The position numbers and the translations under genes are program-made. The notes below the pieces were generated by a model, which worked only from the letters and a program-made list of their open reading frames with translations, had not been told where the DNA came from and ran no database searches. This document shows, one piece after another, positions 58,861 through 64,000 of a stretch of 64,000 nucleotides of DNA (the stretch's first letter is position 1; each line of letters opens with the position of its first letter). Origin of the DNA: Ascidiella aspersa (taxonomy: Eukaryota); NCBI GenBank assembly GCA_963924565.1, contig OZ004615.1:17670001-17734000 (forward strand), read 5' to 3'.

Positions 58861-59132
58861 CAGTGTTTCTCAAACTATGGGTCACCAACCCGTTTGATTT
58901 GTTTGGTTCTTGTTTAGATTTATCAAGATTGGCGTTGGTTCTATAAGCAAGATATTTTACACAATTGGGAAATTTGCAAGCAAGACAAAGAAAATGGCTT
59001 GTACTTAACTTTCAATTTTTATGTAAAGTATTGGTCGCTTAAACAGTTCAGTGAAGTGGATGAAGTTAGCAAAGCCCTGTAGTCCCCACTTGTTACTTTT
59101 GGCAGGCAGTCCAAAAAGGTTGAGAAACACCG
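58861..59132. mobile_element. hAT-type MITE upstream of MUS81
   Basis: CAGTGTTTCTCAAACT / AGGTTGAGAAACACCG termini; no clean TSD. Confidence 0.65.
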
Positions 59133-59297
59133 CGCTTGAGAGTGAACTCATCAAACCTAAGTAAACTCGTCAGATTATAAGCAACAATTTGACTTAAAAA
59201 TAAAACAAACGCAATATACAGCTTTATAAGCGTTAAATGTGCAAATCTTAAGATAACTTTTAATGAAAAACACTTAATTTAATCGTTATTTAAAAAA

Positions 59298-59432
59298 ATG
59301 ACTCAAGTCCACGTCAAGTCATTTGTCCAAAGAACCTTAAGTCAAGTAATTTTGGTCAAAGGACTTCAGTCAAGTCAAGTCATTTAAAAACAGTGACTTA
59401 AGTCAAGTCAATAACTGAAGTCTTTACAACAA
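59298..59432. repeat. Cluster of GACT(T/C)AAGTCAAGTC subrepeats, probably a transposon end
   Basis: Five to six (AA)GTCAAGTC units; similar motifs at ~38972-39000. Confidence 0.5.
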
Positions 59433-59614
59433 TGATGGTTTGTGACCTGTGTTTATATTACTAATTACTGTAAAACACACAATTTTTTTTGTTTACCGTC
59501 AAGGACTCTTACCACACAATGTCAATTTTACCAAAGCAGCTTTGTTAATATTTTTTATTGTAGAATATAAAATAACAAGCTCTGTAGTTTGATGCACTTA
59601 AGTTGTAATGAACC

Positions 59615-61453
59615 ATGTCTGGTGTTCCGAGAAAGAAGCGCAAAGTTGACAATTGCCCAAACCGACTATTTCTTTCGTACCTTAAAACATGGCGAGATGA
59701 AGCAAGTGCATCTGAGAGCAAAGCCTACCATGTTTACAACAAAGCGCATAGGTCAATGTCAAAATACCCGCTGCCCTTGCAAAATGGAAAAGAGGCAAGC
59801 ATCATTGAAAATATTGGTGACAAAATCTGCTCTATGCTTGACAAAAAGTTAAACAAAGATGCAGAGGCCGAGGGAATGGCAGCAAGAGAGTTTCTAGAAA
59901 AGTCTCGCAAAGTTCATTCTAGTTGGTGGGAAAAACTAGAAAAGGACAATGCGAAGCCAGCTAAAAAAACATCTAATGCTACAAAGTCAGGTACTGCTGG
60001 CGTTACCAAAAGAAAACGTGACTATGTGCCTGTAAAGAATTCTGGCCCATATGCCCTGCTGATTGCCCTTTATGAAGACAGCACATCTCCAGCAAGTTTT
60101 GGTTTCATGAAGAAGGCAGATTTGCAGCGTGCAGCTCAACCCTACTGCACAAAATCGTTCACTGTCCCTGAACCAGGAAGCCAATACACTGCCTGGAGTT
60201 CGATGGCATCTTTGCTGAACAAAGAACTTGTTAAAAAGAGCGGAAATCCGGCAAAGTTTGAAATCATGCCATCTGGTGTGGAGTTGGCACAAAAGTTGCT
60301 CAACGCAGATAATCAGTGTGAGAACAAAAACAACAATTGCCAAAAAGAACCATCCACCATATCAACTACAACTTTAGGCTATTATTTTAGTAGTGAAAAG
60401 ATGTCAGGGGTTTCTGCCACCAAAACACATTCACCCTCCAAAACTGATAATGTAGTTGATTTAACATTAAGTGACAATAGTGACACAGAAACGGAAATGG
60501 CGGCTGTCAATTCAATACAGGGACAAACAAATACTGCTATTTCTTCTTCAGTTTCACCAAGTTCTCAGTCTTCTATTACTAGTAGTATTTTAAGTACAAT
60601 ATCTCGCTTTAGTTTTCAACCTGGGTGTTTTAAAATTAGTCTTTGTGTGGACACTCGTGAAGTCAGAGGTGAGAGTAGAAAAAAGGAAATGAGAAGGGAA
60701 CTTGAAAAGCTGGGGGTAAAATATGTTGAAAGAGTTTTGCAGGTAGGCGACTTTGTTTGGGTTGCGCAAGAAAAGGCCCTGGCTGTTGGACCTGTAAAGG
60801 AACTAGTCTTGGACTATGTTGTTGAGAGAAAATGTATGTCTGACCTGGCACAATCAATAAGGGATGGACGTTTTCATGAGCAGAAGATTCGACTAAAACA
60901 GTGCGGGTTAAAAAATATCATTTATCTAGTTGAGGATTTGAAGCAATTTCAACATCAGAGTTTGCCTGAAAATACTTTAAGACAAGCTCTACATAACACT
61001 CGGATAACAGATGGGATATTTGTAAAGTATTCTGATAACATTAAAAATACAGCTGAATACCTTTCTACAATGACAAAGCATCTTCAAAAGTTATATGAAA
61101 ATAAGCAGTTAAATGCAGTTGACTGTCCTGATAAGGAAAGGCAGAGTGGACCGCAATTAAACTTACTAACAATTGATGATTTTAATGACGGAAGTATGAA
61201 GAACAAAGGTCTTACTGTCAAAGAAATGTTTTACAAGTTTTTAATGCAAATTCATGGCATGTCTTTCGACAAAGCACAGGCTATTGCAAATGTCTATTCT
61301 ACTCCACAAACACTATTTAATGCTTATAATTCCTGTTCAAATACCAAAGAGAGGGAACAGCTTCTATCTAAGATAAAATGTGGGATATTGCAAAGAAACC
61401 TAGGAATAAACCTAAGTCAAGTTGTGTTTCATGTAATCTATGACAATAGCTAA
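59615..61453 (+). CDS. MUS81: Crossover junction endonuclease MUS81, 612 aa, single coding exon
   Basis: Uninterrupted ORF with an N-terminal HhH (NRLFLSYL..W.DEA...SMSKYPLPL.NGKEA.IIENIGDKI), a winged helix (YVP..NSGPYALLIAL...YTAWSSM..L..KELV), the ERCC4 nuclease domain (VDTRE, GDFVWV, ERKCMSDLAQSIRDGRFHEQK) and a C-terminal HhH pair. Confidence 0.97.
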   Translation: MSGVPRKKRKVDNCPNRLFLSYLKTWRDEASASESKAYHVYNKAHRSMSKYPLPLQNGKEASIIENIGDKICSMLDKKLNKDAEAEGMAAREFLEKSRKVHSSWWEKLEKDNAKPAKKTSNATKSGTAGVTKRKRDYVPVKNSGPYALLIALYEDSTSPASFGFMKKADLQRAAQPYCTKSFTVPEPGSQYTAWSSMASLLNKELVKKSGNPAKFEIMPSGVELAQKLLNADNQCENKNNNCQKEPSTISTTTLGYYFSSEKMSGVSATKTHSPSKTDNVVDLTLSDNSDTETEMAAVNSIQGQTNTAISSSVSPSSQSSITSSILSTISRFSFQPGCFKISLCVDTREVRGESRKKEMRRELEKLGVKYVERVLQVGDFVWVAQEKALAVGPVKELVLDYVVERKCMSDLAQSIRDGRFHEQKIRLKQCGLKNIIYLVEDLKQFQHQSLPENTLRQALHNTRITDGIFVKYSDNIKNTAEYLSTMTKHLQKLYENKQLNAVDCPDKERQSGPQLNLLTIDDFNDGSMKNKGLTVKEMFYKFLMQIHGMSFDKAQAIANVYSTPQTLFNAYNSCSNTKEREQLLSKIKCGILQRNLGINLSQVVFHVIYDNS

Positions 61454-64000
61454 CCACAGAATTTCTCAAAACCTTAAGAGTCTTACATACTGGTGTTAAT
61501 TTAGGAAACCCAGTCGGTTAAACACACTGTAAGATAATTTGCAAGTGGAACTTTTACATATATAATTTGTTAACATATTTTTGCAAGTATTTGCTTTGAT
61601 GTTTACTCTATGTGTAAGTTTTTAATATTTCATAAATGTTTTATGTGTTTCTATTTTTTCTGTATAACTCCCCTTTAATAACAAAATCTTGGGTGGTTTT
61701 CATTTTTAGAAGTGATGCTTCAGGCTGGAAACGAAATTATGAAAAGTTTCTTAAATTATAATACCGGTGAATGCCATAAGTGTATTAAACTGTTTACAGT
61801 TTACGTCAGCTATACGCCGCATACACTTTTTTTTAAATATGAATAAAATATTAATTTTTATTACCGGTAACTGGAATCTCATATTCAGCCATATTAACCT
61901 CCAAATGCTAAATTTTCATGATTTAAACTAAGACATATTCTTCAAAATCGTTGCTCGAAGTTGTTTTTAATCAGACGATATTTAATATCCGTTCAAACAT
62001 TCATGATAAGTTAATGCCATTCCCAATCAGAGTTTCAAACAGTAACTTGATTAGCGATAATTTTGAACCTGTAAAGCAGTTTGATTTTTTTCAAATGCTA
62101 CACAGCCTTGATATTACTAAATACAACCGAAAATATATAATGGTATGTTTTTCCTATTCTAAAAAGAGTGTACCAATACGGATTTCTGTAGTCACATGTT
62201 TTACGGCCATGAGCAATTCCCCTATAAAATGGACTGTTTTTACGCCACAGTAGACTTCAAAAGAGAAAGTGAAGGCAACTTTGAGAAAATAAGCCTTTTT
62301 TAACGTAACGTTGTAAATTTTAACTAAGCGTCTCCTATGTTTACTAGAACGGATTCTTGTACAAAAAACAGGGTTGAGCTAACCAAATGCAGCGTTAATG
62401 TCATAGATTTACGTGGCCCCAAGGCAGAGACCGTATTCGCGAGACAGACGTCAGAAGAACCTATAGCTTATCAGGACCAAAATAAGGGAGTATCCTTATC
62501 TTTCCTAACTAGTGTAGAATCTTTAAAAGAGCCTAGCCCATTGAATAATATATTATAAACGCGAGTAAGAGGCTTTTGCAGTATTACAATAACGAATGTA
62601 ACAATACTTTTGTCGCTGGCGTGTAACGTCTAACTCTGGTTCAGGTATAGGCCTACGAAATAAAACTAGGCGCGGATGTAGGTCACGTGCCCCCCGCTTG
62701 ATGGATTCGCCCCCGGCCCAAACCACAAATTTTATTGCCTAAACTTGTAGCCTTTACGTTTGACATTTTGCAGACGCATTACCATCAGATAAACACGAGG
62801 CTAATCGGTTAAAAGTTCCAACAATAACGGAATGGCGTATGGAGCTCCTAACTGAGGTGTAATAGTTTTGTTCGTCAAATTCGGAGCCAAGTCCCTTCTA
62901 GCAAATTGTCAAGACCAGCTAAGTAGCATAGAAGATGCCCTCACCCCCCAAAGAATAGGGCTCGCTTTGTTTGTCAGCTGCGCCGCCACAATTTTAGAGG
63001 TTTAGGCTTCATGCGCTGCCTGAGCTAACTAAGGTTAATAAACATAGTCCATATAAACCACAGAGTTGGCCTATTTTGTTAAAGTTATAGTTGGAGACGT
63101 GTTACCTTCCATATAAAAGCTACATTACAATGTTTTATTTATTTCGCGCAAAGCGAAAATTGCAGCTCTATACCATTTAGGTTACCATTTTAAGTGGCAT
63201 GGACACTTGGCCCACCACTGGATCATATCCTGGTTATAATCGCCAGGAAAAGCAAAACGATTTTTTTCCGACGTTGTTAGTGTTATAAAACATGAAGATT
63301 TCATTTAACAAATATAAAATCCTATACTCAATGGAATTTAAGCGGGACTTGGGTTGCGTTAGACGAGTTATTTGGACTAAAAGTTGTTTTATGACGTCAC
63401 CTTCTGACGTAATTTCAAGGTGTTATCGCTAAAAAATTTAATGACTTTCATCAAACCAAATTTCTAGATAGACCCTTTCATAAATGCTGCAAAAAAGAAA
63501 AATTAGGACGAAGCGCTACATTAAAAATACGCTTTAGTTAAATGTGATATAGATTAAGTTACTTAACAATCAATGGAATATAGTTGTATGATATTTGGAA
63601 AAAAATTATTGAAAATAGTTCCTGTGGTATTTTCTTTTAAAAATTGTGATTTTTTTATTTTAAAAGACAGGTCAAATAACGTTTGCGATTCTTATAGTCT
63701 ATTCCTCATCTAGAAATTTTAAACACATTTTAGTTTTGAAAAAGAAAGGCAAGGCGTCGTTATATGAATGTATTCCTTTGCAATGCACATAAAACACAAC
63801 CGGAAGTACAGAGCGTGAAAATAAATGTACATTTTGAGACAAACTTAATCGATATTTCTTTGAGGCAATCTGTATTATTAGTTAAAGCGCACTTTAAAAA
63901 TCGACGAGGTTGCTATGTTGAGCGTTTCTTTCTAGCCAATACGAATTCTAAATTTGACTGCACTTGCACTTGGCGGTAATACAAACATCGACAAGGTAAT

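Noticed and set aside
56868-59615. Stomatin-MUS81 operon (polycistronic) arrangement
   Set aside because: The 2.7-kb gap is filled with repeats, and the two genes have different CpG signatures. Ascidian operons typically have essentially no intergenic spacer.
1-64000. Prokaryotic systems (CRISPR, defence islands), autonomous transposase or reverse-transcriptase ORFs, rRNA
   Set aside because: The sequence is spliced eukaryotic DNA. No regularly spaced repeat-spacer array, transposase/RT ORF or rRNA-like sequence was seen.

Overview
Eukaryotic, AT-rich, intron-containing animal DNA. It is most consistent with an invertebrate chordate (ascidian/tunicate); this is an inference from the compact introns, vertebrate-type claudins, mosaic CpG depletion and abundant hAT MITEs. 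Six protein-coding genes were reconstructed by hand from splice sites and reading-frame phase. (1) The 5' part of BRAT1 on the minus strand, running off the left edge. (2) A 33-coding-exon RREB1/hindsight-type zinc-finger gene (4476-36324, +, about 1695 aa, 13 fingers), head-to-head with BRAT1. (3, 4) Two tandem 4-exon claudins (-). (5) A stomatin (+). (6) An intronless MUS81 (+). Introns carry many hAT-type MITEs with 8-bp target-site duplications (one nested), tRNA-derived SINE fragments and local tandem duplications. The most notable observations follow. The RREB1 orthologue begins with MSRRKQSVP, the FOG/SALL/BCL11-type NuRD-recruitment motif, on its own 40-nt exon, and it lacks the N-terminal three-finger cluster and any canonical PxDLS motif. 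An intact minimal hammerhead ribozyme of Penelope type lies antisense in an RREB1 intron, with a disabled sense copy. A sharp CpG/codon-usage boundary falls inside RREB1. Three finger modules look exon-duplicated. Gene identities rest on recalled family motifs, not database searches.
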